Source: Trypanosoma brucei
Taxonomy: Eukaryota
Reading direction: 5' to 3'
DNA: 64,000 nt
Assembly: GCA_000002445.1 (NCBI GenBank)
Contig: CM000208.1
Span: 1,632,001-1,696,000 of the forward strand
In this document: positions 1 to 10,327 of the stretch, one piece after another
Layout of the letters: each line of letters starts with the position of its first letter
Position numbering within the stretch: position 1 is the stretch's first letter
Translations under genes and position numbers: made by a program
The notes under the pieces: generated by a model
The model's database searches: none
Told to the model about the DNA's origin: nothing
Seen by the model: the letters and a program-made list of their open reading frames with translations, nothing else

Positions 1-96
1 CTGAAGTGCTGTGGTCTTTCTGTTGCGATGTTAAAGATACTGGCCCTCGAATCAATGTTTACCGGTGGAAGCTGTACACCTGTGTTGTGTCTGACA

Positions 97-134
97 ATCT
101 CTCTCTCTCTCTCTCTCTTTTTTTTGGGGGGGGG
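97..134 (+). promoter_or_regulatory. (CT)n-T8 polypyrimidine tract followed by a G9 run; candidate trans-splicing/polyadenylation signal upstream of PMM
   Basis: ctctctctctctctctcttttttttt then ggggggggg, ~420 bp upstream of the PMM ATG. Trypanosomatid splice-acceptor selection depends on such polyY tracts. Confidence 0.4.
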
Positions 135-553
135 AACGTGGATGTAAGTTCGCAGTCGCTTTGTTTAAGAGTTTAGTAATATCTTCGCGTGTGTCCACGA
201 GGTGGGCGACAACTAGATTGTTCTGAGCCGCTACTGCGTATGTGCTCCGTCACCGATTCCTGTTGTTGGATGTTCAGATAATGGTGCGGGGAAACTTTCC
301 ATGAATCACCTGGGATGCCTTGTGTAGAAGTGTCCTTTGTCTTTGTGGTTTGGTGGCACTGCCTCTCATTTCTTCAACCATCTTTTCATTTTTTAAATGG
401 ACTATTTTCTCTTCATTTTAATGGATATCATCACTCTTGGTATGTATGTGGAGCCATTTGCATCGTCATCGTTACTTTCCCCATGCATGAAGTAGGTATT
501 TACATCAGTTCTTGTTCCTTTGCCGCTTCATTTTGATAACAAAGCCACACGCT

Positions 554-1291
554 ATGAAAAGAGTTCTTTTACTCTTTGACGTTGACGGAACGCTAACCCC
601 TCCTCGACTTTGCCAAACGGACGAAATGAGGGCTTTGATAAAGCGAGCGCGGGGTGCAGGGTTTTGTGTGGGTACAGTTGGAGGATCTGACTTTGCAAAG
701 CAGGTTGAGCAACTCGGACGTGACGTCCTCACTCAGTTCGATTACGTATTTGCAGAAAATGGTCTACTGGCGTACCGGAATGGATTAGAGATTCATCGGC
801 AAAGTTTGTTGAATGCACTTGGAAACGACCGCATTGTAAAATTTGTTAAGAAAACGCTGCGGCTTATTGCTGACCTTGATATTCCGGTCCAGAGGGGCAC
901 ATTTGTCGAATATAGGAATGGTATGATAAACGTTTCGCCGATAGGACGCAACTGCTCCCAGGCTGAGAGAGATGAATTTGAAGTTTATGATAACGAACAC
1001 AGAGTCCGTGCAAGCTTAATTGCGGAGCTGGAGAATAGCTTCCCCGATTTTGGGCTGAAATACTCTATTGGTGGACAGATAAGCTTTGATGTCTTTCCAG
1101 TAGGCTGGGACAAAACCTATTGTTTGCAGTTTGTTGAAGACGACTTCGAGGAGATCCACTTTTTTGGCGATAAGACCCAAGAAGGTGGAAATGACTACGA
1201 AATTTACACGGACAAGCGGACTATTGGGCACAAAGTTACTTCCTACAAAGATACCATTGCAGAGGTGGAAAAAATAATTGCCATGAAGTAA
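554..1291 (+). CDS. PMM: phosphomannomutase (HAD superfamily, eukaryotic PMM type)
   Basis: ORF 512..1291. The first ATG is at 554 ([18 protein letters not shown]). The N-terminal DVDGTLT matches HAD motif I of the PMM family. Length (~246 aa) and C-terminal conservation ([24 protein letters not shown]) fit eukaryotic PMM. Confidence 0.9.
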   Translation: MKRVLLLFDVDGTLTPPRLCQTDEMRALIKRARGAGFCVGTVGGSDFAKQVEQLGRDVLTQFDYVFAENGLLAYRNGLEIHRQSLLNALGNDRIVKFVKKTLRLIADLDIPVQRGTFVEYRNGMINVSPIGRNCSQAERDEFEVYDNEHRVRASLIAELENSFPDFGLKYSIGGQISFDVFPVGWDKTYCLQFVEDDFEEIHFFGDKTQEGGNDYEIYTDKRTIGHKVTSYKDTIAEVEKIIAMK

Positions 1292-1638
1292 GCTACCAGG
1301 CTTTCTTCACAGTTTTTTCGAAGACAACGTACAAACACCCTTACTTACCGTTGGTTTCTGATGGGATGGAACTCAATTGCTTTGGCACCGTTTTCTTTTA
1401 GCATCCAGGAAGAACCATGGCACATTGAGTGTACCGAAGTTTGTGGATGCGGTTTACCTTTTTTGATTTTATATTTCCTAGTTCATGGAGACACATCCCT
1501 TCTTTTTGGTGGTGGACTGTGCTGTTCATATTCAATCAAGTGTCTTTCCAAACCATATGTAGCGGGATGCTTTAAAATATTCACTAGAGTAACTATTCTC
1601 TTTCGCCCTTATCGACCGAAGAAATTGAGGCAGCGATA

Positions 1639-2553
1639 ATGGATCACCCTCCCGCAGGACCGTTTGGAGGAGGGGAGTGCCGCTGCACTGGTATACGTTT
1701 TTGCCAGCACTGCATAGATTCAGATCGTGCACAGTCTATAGTCAGGCGGCACGTTTCACTCGCAAACGCATCTGATGTCGTTCTACGGCAATATACTGAC
1801 CAGCGAATGTCCTCATGCTCCTTCGCTTGCGTGGGACCTAGTCTGCTTTCTATGTGCTGCGCATGTAGGACCGTTTTTGAAACGGCTGGTGGAGTACTAA
1901 AGTGCTGCGGAGATCACAAAGGTTTTATCGCGCGAACTGATATCGAACTATCCGGATTAACGATCCAACCAGGGTTTGTTTCTCCTAATGAAGAAGAGTA
2001 CCTGGTGGCATTCTTTGATAATCCAGCCCCCTTTGCTGCCTGGAAAGTTTCACAAAGCGGAAGGAGGAAACAGGAGTACGGGCCTAAGGCCAATTTTAAG
2101 AAACGGAAGTTGAAGGTGGGTGATTTCCGAGCCTTGCCGCATCAGATGAAAACGACTCTGGACAGGGTCCGGTCCTTTGTTGCAGAACAAACGATGAGGG
2201 AATATTGTATTGTGGAAGTATCAGTTTTGGAATATACGGCTGAGTGTAGTTGTTTGGATCCTCACATCGACGACACGTGGCTATGGGGTGACCGCATTGG
2301 TGGTCTTAACTTGTTGGATGACGTTACTTTAACATTTGTGAGCGCTGATGAGGTCGCAGTGACCGTGTTTGTCCCACGTGGTGCTTTTTTTCTGCTAACC
2401 GGTGTAAGCCGCTACGAATGGATGCATGGCATACGGCGTGAGGATGTTAAAAACCGTCGTGTGTCTGTCACATTCCGGGAGTTTGCCGACAATTTGGTCG
2501 TTGATCAAGAAATACTTAAAACTATCGTAATGTCCGCTACGACATTCATTTAG
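1639..2553 (+). CDS. AlkB-like 2-oxoglutarate/Fe(II)-dependent dioxygenase (ALKBH family)
   Basis: Translation contains the HxD iron-binding motif (DPHIDDTWLW). It also has a distal His (EWMHGI) and the RxSxTxR 2OG-binding signature (RRVSVTFREF). The ALKBH-typical FVSPNEEEYL segment is present. A Cys-rich N-terminal extension means the true start could be an internal Met. Confidence 0.7.
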   Translation: MDHPPAGPFGGGECRCTGIRFCQHCIDSDRAQSIVRRHVSLANASDVVLRQYTDQRMSSCSFACVGPSLLSMCCACRTVFETAGGVLKCCGDHKGFIARTDIELSGLTIQPGFVSPNEEEYLVAFFDNPAPFAAWKVSQSGRRKQEYGPKANFKKRKLKVGDFRALPHQMKTTLDRVRSFVAEQTMREYCIVEVSVLEYTAECSCLDPHIDDTWLWGDRIGGLNLLDDVTLTFVSADEVAVTVFVPRGAFFLLTGVSRYEWMHGIRREDVKNRRVSVTFREFADNLVVDQEILKTIVMSATTFI

Positions 2554-2804
2554 TGGCGTTCTGAGTCAGCAACTCGTGTTTCTCCCCCTTAAAGGTTTTT
2601 TTGCATGCAATTGCACTTACAGCGCAGTGACGTGGTAGTTGTTTTGTTTTGCGTGACGGTGTTGGAGTATCCGATCAACTATTTCCCCCCTGATAAATTT
2701 TATGCCCTTTATATATTGTTTCTACTGATATTTTCCGTACTCTAGGTTGACGACCGGAAGGGATTTTACATCCGTGAGGATAGTAGTAAGATATTGTTTC
2801 CGCT

Positions 2805-3980
2805 ATGCTGCCTATACTAAAGGCCGGGGAAGACGAGGGGGGTCCCCGGATCCCCCCTCCTCTATGGTGTGAGGCGAAGCGTGAGGCGTTAATCGATGGC
2901 AAAGGAAAAGTTAATCTTGAGGTAATGCTTGTTCATTTTCTTCGGCAAGGACGTTTGAGCAAGCACGATGCACTCAACATAATTCAAAATGCATCAAGTG
3001 TACTTCGTACGGAACCCAACGTCCTGAGGATTGCTGATCCTTCGGTTGTAGTCGTCGGCGACGTTCGGGGACAGTTCTACGATTTAGCAAAAATTATATT
3101 TATAGGTAATATGTTCAGTAGGGCAAAAACGTATTTGTTTCTAGGTAATTATATTGACTCATGTTTTTTTAGCACCGAGTGTATACTCCTTTTGCTTGCG
3201 GCGAAACTAACCCACCCGAGTTGTGTATTTTTGCTTCGTGGAAACCATGAATGCCGTTTTATGTCGAATATTTTCGATTTTCGGGGAGAGTGTCTGAAGA
3301 AATATAATGACGATGTTTACGAAGCCATTATGACAGCGTTTGATTGTCTTCCACTGGCAGCTGTTGTAAACAATCAGTATTTTTGTGTACATGGAGGTCT
3401 TTCACCTGACGTTACGAGTGTTGACAATATTCGCTTAATTTATCGATTTCGGGAACCCCCGTCGAAAGGGGCTATGTGTGATTTATTATGGTCTGATCCG
3501 TTTTGGGATGTAGAGAATCCGTCGTCAGTTTGCGAAGGTTCTAGAGATGATTATTACACCCCTGGAAATGGCCCATCGTACGGTACGGCGCCATGCTTTC
3601 TTGACAACGAGCAGAGAGGTTGCAGTTATTTGTTTAACTATCATAGTGTAAAGCACTTTTTGTTGACGAATGGTCTTCTTTGCGTCGTACGTAGCCATGA
3701 GGTTCAAGATGATGGTTATAAGTTGTATAGGTTCAACAGTGTTTCCAATTTTCCGTGCATGATGTCCGTTTTTTCTGCCCCTAATTACTGTGATAACTTG
3801 CACAACAAGGGTGCAGTCCTCATTCTTGAGGGGAAACAAATAGGTATAAAGCAGTTTTGTTGCTCGCCTCATCCTTATGTTCTCCCAAAGCATCTTAACG
3901 CATTTGAATGGTCATTCTCTTACCTGTTGGATAGTGTTCGCGACATATTTGCTTCCATCATTTCGTGTGAGGGAGCATGA
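2805..3980 (+). CDS. PPP-family Ser/Thr phosphatase-like protein with degenerate catalytic motifs (predicted pseudophosphatase)
   Basis: The PPP fold signatures GNHE, HGG (CVHGGLSP), LLWSDP, RSHE and SAPNYC are present. The metal-binding motifs are altered: GDxHG reads GDVRGQ (His->Arg) and GDxVDRG reads GNYIDSC (Asp->Asn, Arg->Ser). Confidence 0.75.
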   Translation: MLPILKAGEDEGGPRIPPPLWCEAKREALIDGKGKVNLEVMLVHFLRQGRLSKHDALNIIQNASSVLRTEPNVLRIADPSVVVVGDVRGQFYDLAKIIFIGNMFSRAKTYLFLGNYIDSCFFSTECILLLLAAKLTHPSCVFLLRGNHECRFMSNIFDFRGECLKKYNDDVYEAIMTAFDCLPLAAVVNNQYFCVHGGLSPDVTSVDNIRLIYRFREPPSKGAMCDLLWSDPFWDVENPSSVCEGSRDDYYTPGNGPSYGTAPCFLDNEQRGCSYLFNYHSVKHFLLTNGLLCVVRSHEVQDDGYKLYRFNSVSNFPCMMSVFSAPNYCDNLHNKGAVLILEGKQIGIKQFCCSPHPYVLPKHLNAFEWSFSYLLDSVRDIFASIISCEGA

Positions 3981-6900
3981 TGAGACTCAAGTTTCCTGTT
4001 TGTAGAACTTACATTGTCGACCCCCTTTCCGTTCTATGCCTACGAGTGCCAGCAGCGAGAGGGTATATATACGCACATATAAGCTTCTTTCTTTTATCTC
4101 GCATTTTTGATTTTAACACCGCTCCGTTGTATTTAGGTGTGGGTTAGTATTTAGTTTAAAATTCTTTCAAGTCCTCTCAACTCAGCCAGGGTCGTAAAGA
4201 GCAAGACACAGAGGGGAAAGCTGCCCTATAATCGCCTGTGGCGCATTTTCATGAGTCCTCATTAGGTGTTCCTGCGCCAGCGGCCAAAACATTGCATCAT
4301 TCCGTCGCCGTATGGAACCAACAATTGTGAAAAAAAAAAAGGATTTAATCGGGGGATCCCCTTGGAGCAGATCACTGTTATGAGGTTTATTATGAGTGTT
4401 GCGAACAGGGAAACAGCTGGTGATGTTTATAGACGTTCTGCTTTGGTATTGAGTATATGATTGCTGTACCAACTGCCATGAGGCAGTCATTAATACTTTT
4501 TTTGACTTTTAATTCGTTCTTTGATCAAAAGTGTACGTGTATGGAATCATCTTGAATATTTGGAGAATTAATCATACGTCCGGAAGATTTGAATATAGTA
4601 ACTTCTTCTACCAGAGACCGAAATACCGGGATGTGTGATTTTATGCGGTTGCCGCTGGGAGCACGCTTCTATGCGTGCCTTTTACGAGGGCGCCTACGTT
4701 GTTGCAAGTGTGATCTGTGCGGCATTTACTCGTACAGCGGAGAGCGGGGATATCGCTTCTGGGGTATGCGGGAACGGGACATTGAATGCCTTCTTTTCAT
4801 CGTTAACACTCAACTTATTGAACATCTGTAGATGTCAAAGGGTGCCGATGCCGACTGATCATCGAGATAGCGACGGAGTTACCGTTGTTCCCTGGAGTGA
4901 TGTCCGATTTTACCAAATATGAGAGGAGGAGGTCTGTGTTTTCTCTTTTGACCGGACCGGTTATGAAATGAGTGATTTACCACTGCATTCAGCATGTGCA
5001 ATGACAGCAGTAAGGTTTGTAACTCCGCTTAAATCACCACGAGTATGTGAGTGCTCGTGTGATATGTTGTACTGCGCAAGAAAGAAACACGTGGACCCAA
5101 TTCCTGCCGTATCGACCCTCGGCAAAAACGTTTCGAGCACCTCTTCGTTAAATATACGCTTGTGGATGGGCTTGAACGAGAGCGTTCGGCATCAAGATAT
5201 ATGTTTCCTGTGTAGGTAAAGACAATAGATTCGAAGTTGACGTTTCCAGAAGTGTGCAACACGCTGTGGGAAGATTCCACTGGAAGCTGCATAATTTTGT
5301 TATGTACAGATGCCGTAGGTTCATTCGGTTGCTTCTAGAACCTCGTTGGAGGATTAGATAGGCATACAGGGAGTACGCCGTTGCTTGCTCGAGGTTATAG
5401 TGCACCTCCTGTTGACACGAACGGACATACGCACGTGTGTGAACACGAAGTGCCCTTCAAACCTTAAGGATTCGATGTTTCAGTCTACTTTATCATGCTG
5501 AGGGGTTAAACTGACCTATGCGTTTTTGCACTTGGGTGTGGTTTTAGAATTCTTTGAGAGGCGGGATATTAGCATGCAGTGCCTCTGTGCTCTATATCTT
5601 CCATGCACATCCGGTCTGGTGAATGACCCTATCTCTTTACTACGCGGTGTCATGCGGCTTATACTGACAGTTGTTAACTCTGGTGCATCCTGCTGGCGTG
5701 TTAATGGCCCTCGTTGAGCGGTGAGATGTGGAGCTCCCCTCCTTTTCAAGTGGTTCTGTAAATGGTGGCTAATCGTAACTCATTCTACAGATTTGCAGCT
5801 ATGTTTTTTCCGCAGGCGCGCTGTGCAGAGATGTGTGATGCTTACAGGTGGATACCACATACTGCTCCGTTGCTGTGCGGGTTATGCTTGGGATGCAGAC
5901 ATGGAAGGGTTGGGGAATACTGACTTCCACGATGTGGGTGGCGTTAACGCTGACGAAGAAAAATATTGTTTTTGTAGATTGATTGTCAAACGAGCTGCGC
6001 GGGTGGCGTGGTGGGGGAAGGGCGTTGTTTTATTCTCTGTGTCGCTCAAGCGCTAGATCATGCACTTGAAGGAGTGTCCACCAGCGTCATCGGTGGGGTG
6101 GCTGCGCCCTTCGTTGACCATCTACATGTTTGGGTCGAAATCACTGGCGTTGTCGTCTGCTGTATTCGTGTTGGATTGCTTTACGATGGGGCGGAAGCAA
6201 CGACTCCTCTCAGCAGTGGTAAATGTTCCTCTGACGTTGCGTCTGATGCTGTATTTCTCAGCTTCATACAAGGGGGAGGAACCGAGATTACCACCATCTA
6301 CATGTGTTCTTGGGTCTTCACAGGGCAACAATTTTCTTCTTTTACCCGGCGCCTTTGCGGAGAGTGGCTGCACCACGTTCTTCCCAGGTCGAGAGGGCTT
6401 AATGAGTGAATTACAGGATGAATTGTGGCTACAGTTGCCGTCGAGGCTACTGATTTTAGCTAGATTAGATTTAGCGAACTTTTTATTTGCAGTTGTAGGT
6501 CGTTTGCCGAATAGTGGGATCAACCTCTTTCAGCAAAGGCCCCCTTCATCACTGGCAGTTTTACCCAAACGTTGCATGGGCATGACTCTTGTTGCCCTTA
6601 CAACGTTGTAACTCCTCGCGGAAATGTCTCGATTGTGTCTCTTTCGTATGGACACTTCATTTGGAGGAGGTTTTATCCCTTTTTTCTGATAAATTGATTT
6701 GTTGCAGCAACCTCGTCGTCCCCCAACATGAGTTGCACGGATCAATATTAAAGTGGAAAGAAGGGGTGCTACGACGCAGTGCTTTTGGTCGATGTCGGTA
6801 AGGTATCGCTTTGCTTCGCACTACAGGTTTTTTGTTTGGGGGTATTGCGCGGACGGTGTGTTTGTGTGTGTGTGAAAAGACTATGGGGGTAGCGAAGAAG

Positions 6901-7440
6901 GCCCGGTAAAGGGTCAGATCGTGATGGAGCCGTGACAAACAGTAGGAGTGGTGGTAACATCGAGAGGTGTCGCAACTCGGGCTTCGGTGCGCACAATATA
7001 TGGGAAACGTTGCCCTCAAGGACCCCGCTGCCAGCTACTCGGTATTGGGGCGAAGGGACAAACTTGAAGTCATGGAGTTTGCTGAATTCCCTTCCAGTGA
7101 GAGCCTGCGGGTTGATCAGTTTAGACCAGTTTTAGGATACCCAAAATCTGGAACTTCAATATCCCACTGTTTTGTCTCCGCACAGCCTTAAGGTTGTGAA
7201 ACGTCACGAACAGGGAGTGCCGTAGGACCACGTGGGTACCCGCTTTAATAACCGCAGGGGCTAGCCGTGTTTTACTATTCCCCTCCCCGATAAAAGAGGC
7301 AGTAGCACTGTTCCTTCTTGTTTTCATATTTGTTTTCGTTTTGTAAAAAAAAATTCCTTGGATGCTCTTCTTTTTCCTCCTAACCTTTTATCAATTATTC
7401 CAATGGAAAAAAAAAGCAGCAACAGGACTCACCGGCCACT

Positions 7441-8460
7441 ATGGTGGATAAACTAACCCCACCATTCGTTCCTCCGTTTCAGCACACGAAAATGCCTGCA
7501 GTGCCGTGCCGGGCAAGCAAAGGGCATCATCAGGTTCAGCTGCAGCACTCCGTGATAACGTTTGGTTCACCAAATGTGGAGGATGGTTCAAGATTCTTCA
7601 GGCAGGTAGTCGAAGGCGTGCGCACAGGTTCAGAGCGAGTGCTACCAAAGGATGAAAGTAGACGATGCCTCAGTGGTGAGAGCGATGGCGCGACTAGTCG
7701 AAGGTTACAGCAGCTGAATACTGACCTTCAGCAGGCGCTACAGAAGCTACGGCAGAGGGACCGGGAAGAAACTAAGCTACGACGAAGGTTGTCTGTAGTT
7801 CAACTCAAGCTAGAGGAAGCGGCTGAGCGTCACAGTGCTACGATAGAACACGTCCTCGGGCTGATGGACGTGTACGGATCACGTATGGAGGAACAGAGGA
7901 TGGAGCTTCAGCGATTGCGCGCAAAGGTAAATAACTGTGATAAAACCTCCGAAGGGCTTAGAAACGAGGGGGTAATCAGTGCTCCAGTTGGAGTCCGTGG
8001 GTTGAAGGCTAGTGCTGTGCAGGCAGAGAATGAAAGCCTGAAGAATCGCGTTAAGTCACTCACTGATGAGAGGGAGGAGTTGAGGAAAATGACACAAAGG
8101 CTACAGGATGAAAAGGAGGAGAACCTACAAACTTTTTCCAACATACGGAACAAGTTAACGGCCGATATCATGGATAAACAAGAACAAATACATCAAGCTA
8201 ACAAAAAATTGAAAGAGTTATCGGATGAAGCTGCGGCTAGGGATATCTTGGTTCAACAAGTGCGACTTTTCGTGCAAATGGTTTGCCAGCCTGATTTCCA
8301 CGTGGTTAAGGACACCTCTCTCCAACCAGTCGACCGGAGCAGGACCGAACCAACAGGTTTTGTTTTAGTTCCCCTGACGCTGATGCTGCAGGGTTACTCT
8401 CTACTTTCAAACGAAGACCGCGATGACCTTGTAGAACTGTACCGGCAACGGCTCACTTGA
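7441..8460 (+). CDS. hypothetical coiled-coil protein
   Basis: 339-aa ATG-initiated ORF on the coding strand of the transcription unit. The central region is rich in heptad-like E/K/R/L/Q repeats (LQQALQKLRQRDREETKLRRRL...). No recognisable catalytic domain. Confidence 0.4.
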   Translation: MVDKLTPPFVPPFQHTKMPAVPCRASKGHHQVQLQHSVITFGSPNVEDGSRFFRQVVEGVRTGSERVLPKDESRRCLSGESDGATSRRLQQLNTDLQQALQKLRQRDREETKLRRRLSVVQLKLEEAAERHSATIEHVLGLMDVYGSRMEEQRMELQRLRAKVNNCDKTSEGLRNEGVISAPVGVRGLKASAVQAENESLKNRVKSLTDEREELRKMTQRLQDEKEENLQTFSNIRNKLTADIMDKQEQIHQANKKLKELSDEAAARDILVQQVRLFVQMVCQPDFHVVKDTSLQPVDRSRTEPTGFVLVPLTLMLQGYSLLSNEDRDDLVELYRQRLT

Positions 8461-9318
8461 AAAGTAACACCCACGCCGGCTGATACCTCGTACTAAAACC
8501 ACGTGGAGTAGTGTGTGAAACAGTATTTTTTCTCCCCGTTCTTTCTCATCAGCACGCTAATATAACTTCTTTACCTCGCTACGCAACGGGTGCGTACGCC
8601 GAGAGGGTCAGAAACGCATGTTAGCCACTTATTTTTAAAAAAAGAAAAAGAGAGCAAACACTTCTCGGTCCTGTGGGGAAGAAGTGTCCCTATTTTTCAC
8701 CACATTTTAGTGTTGGTTACTTAAAACATTTGCTCGGGGTATCTGCGCATACATTGGGCAAACTGTGTATCAGCCGTTTGGTGATGTATGTGGTGGCATA
8801 AACATGGTGGTACACGAACTCCCCACCCCCATCCCCGCGGTAGAAGAAGTCTACCATGTGTCACTAGCGTTCATGTGCAATTTTTGTTTTTGTGATGGCA
8901 ACAACAGAGAGGACCATTGGCAGTAACAGTTTTCTCTCTTTTTTTTGTTATTTTGTGCACACAAATGGACATTGTCTTTTTTCGTGTATTCCATAATGGT
9001 TTTAGCAGATCGTACGTGTACGTTTTGGCCTGCCTCTGTGTTTCTTTCCCGTACTATTGCTCTCCGTTCTGTCCCCTCTCCGGCGTATTGTCGTTCAGGT
9101 TTAGGTCACCAAAGGTGACGTAGCTTGCTGTGGCCATCAATACGGAAGGAAAAGAAGGGAAAAGGACGTTTATAACTCGGAAAACAGGGCCCCGGTAGCG
9201 TAGTCTAGTGACCAGTGTGAGCACCTCTAAGCAAAAAAGAAGTTAAGGGAGAGAAAGATAGGACAAAGTACGAGCGTGTGGAAGAAAGGGGAGGTAATCG
9301 ACGCAACACCTTGGTTAA

Positions 9319-9804
9319 ATGTCTGTCGCACCAAAACGTACGGCCGAGTTGCTGTGGCTAGAGCAGCAGCGGGCGAGGCAGTATGAACAGCATCGGAAAC
9401 GTGTGGAGCAACAGAAACCATGTGTCGACAACAAGACTCCCCGAAATCTAAGCTTGAGCAACAAGCGCGCCCTCATGGAACAAGAACGACGAAAATGCAT
9501 TGACGAGGAAAACAGACGGTTAGTTGTGAATATGTCCGCTATTATGGAACGTGGAGGCGGCATCGACAACAAGGAACCTTGGCGTCGTACCAACGGCCCC
9601 CGCGACGCAGAAATTCGTCGGAGAAGAGAACAGCAAAAGCTTGCGGAGGAGAACTTAAAATTACTTCACCGTTTAGAGAACGTCAAGCCTGTGTATCGCC
9701 TTGAAAAGTGGGAAATGGAGCGAGATGAAAACGAGATACTCGTCGACCGAATCAGCCGCTACCCGTATATACCAATGAATAGAAGGAAGGGCGTGGGTGA
9801 GTAG
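9319..9804 (+). CDS. hypothetical highly charged (R/E/K-rich) small protein
   Basis: 161-aa ATG-initiated ORF, same strand as its neighbours. Strongly basic/acidic low-complexity composition. No recognisable domain. Confidence 0.35.
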   Translation: MSVAPKRTAELLWLEQQRARQYEQHRKRVEQQKPCVDNKTPRNLSLSNKRALMEQERRKCIDEENRRLVVNMSAIMERGGGIDNKEPWRRTNGPRDAEIRRRREQQKLAEENLKLLHRLENVKPVYRLEKWEMERDENEILVDRISRYPYIPMNRRKGVGE

Positions 9805-10327
9805 TAGATAATGTTCTGCAGCCCCACTCTGCGTGCTGGCTGTTACTTCTTTGCAAGTACTTAGTCGCCCACTTTTACCCCTCTCCCTTGGGCTGCGGCA
9901 TCCTTTTTTTTTTTTTTAGCAGGCTACCGCTCCACTTATGTATGTATTCTGTGAAGTTTACTAGAGACCCTGCATATTTTATCCGTGTGGCGTCTCAAGT
10001 CGTGGCCCACCCGCCATATATGTGAGCACACACGCATATATAAATATATATATGAATCTGATTGTTTGTGAAATAGATGTGTCAACTACTGGGGAAAGAG
10101 CAACGACACAAACGGAGGAAACGCCACTCACTTAGCCGACGTTGTCTTTCTCGTGCCTTTTTTTTACGGTCTAACATATGGCAGCTCACAAACTCGTTAA
10201 TATATGAATTTTTTGCACACGTATCAAATCTTCTTTACTCCTTTTCTTTACGGGGTGCAGCTTCCAATTCACACAGAACAAATAAATAAGCATCCATACA
10301 CAGTTGCAAGGGCTAAGTGTCCGATCG

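Noticed and set aside
6122-6523. 133-aa minus-strand ORF in the 3981..7440 gap
   Set aside because: No start context, no domain, and it is opposite to the direction of the transcription unit. Most likely a chance ORF, or antisense to the degenerate + strand frame.
9185-9235. tRNA-like fragment (ggtagcgtagtctagtga resembles a D-arm)
   Set aside because: No matching T-arm (GTTCGAATC-like) or acceptor stem within 75 nt, so a cloverleaf cannot be drawn.
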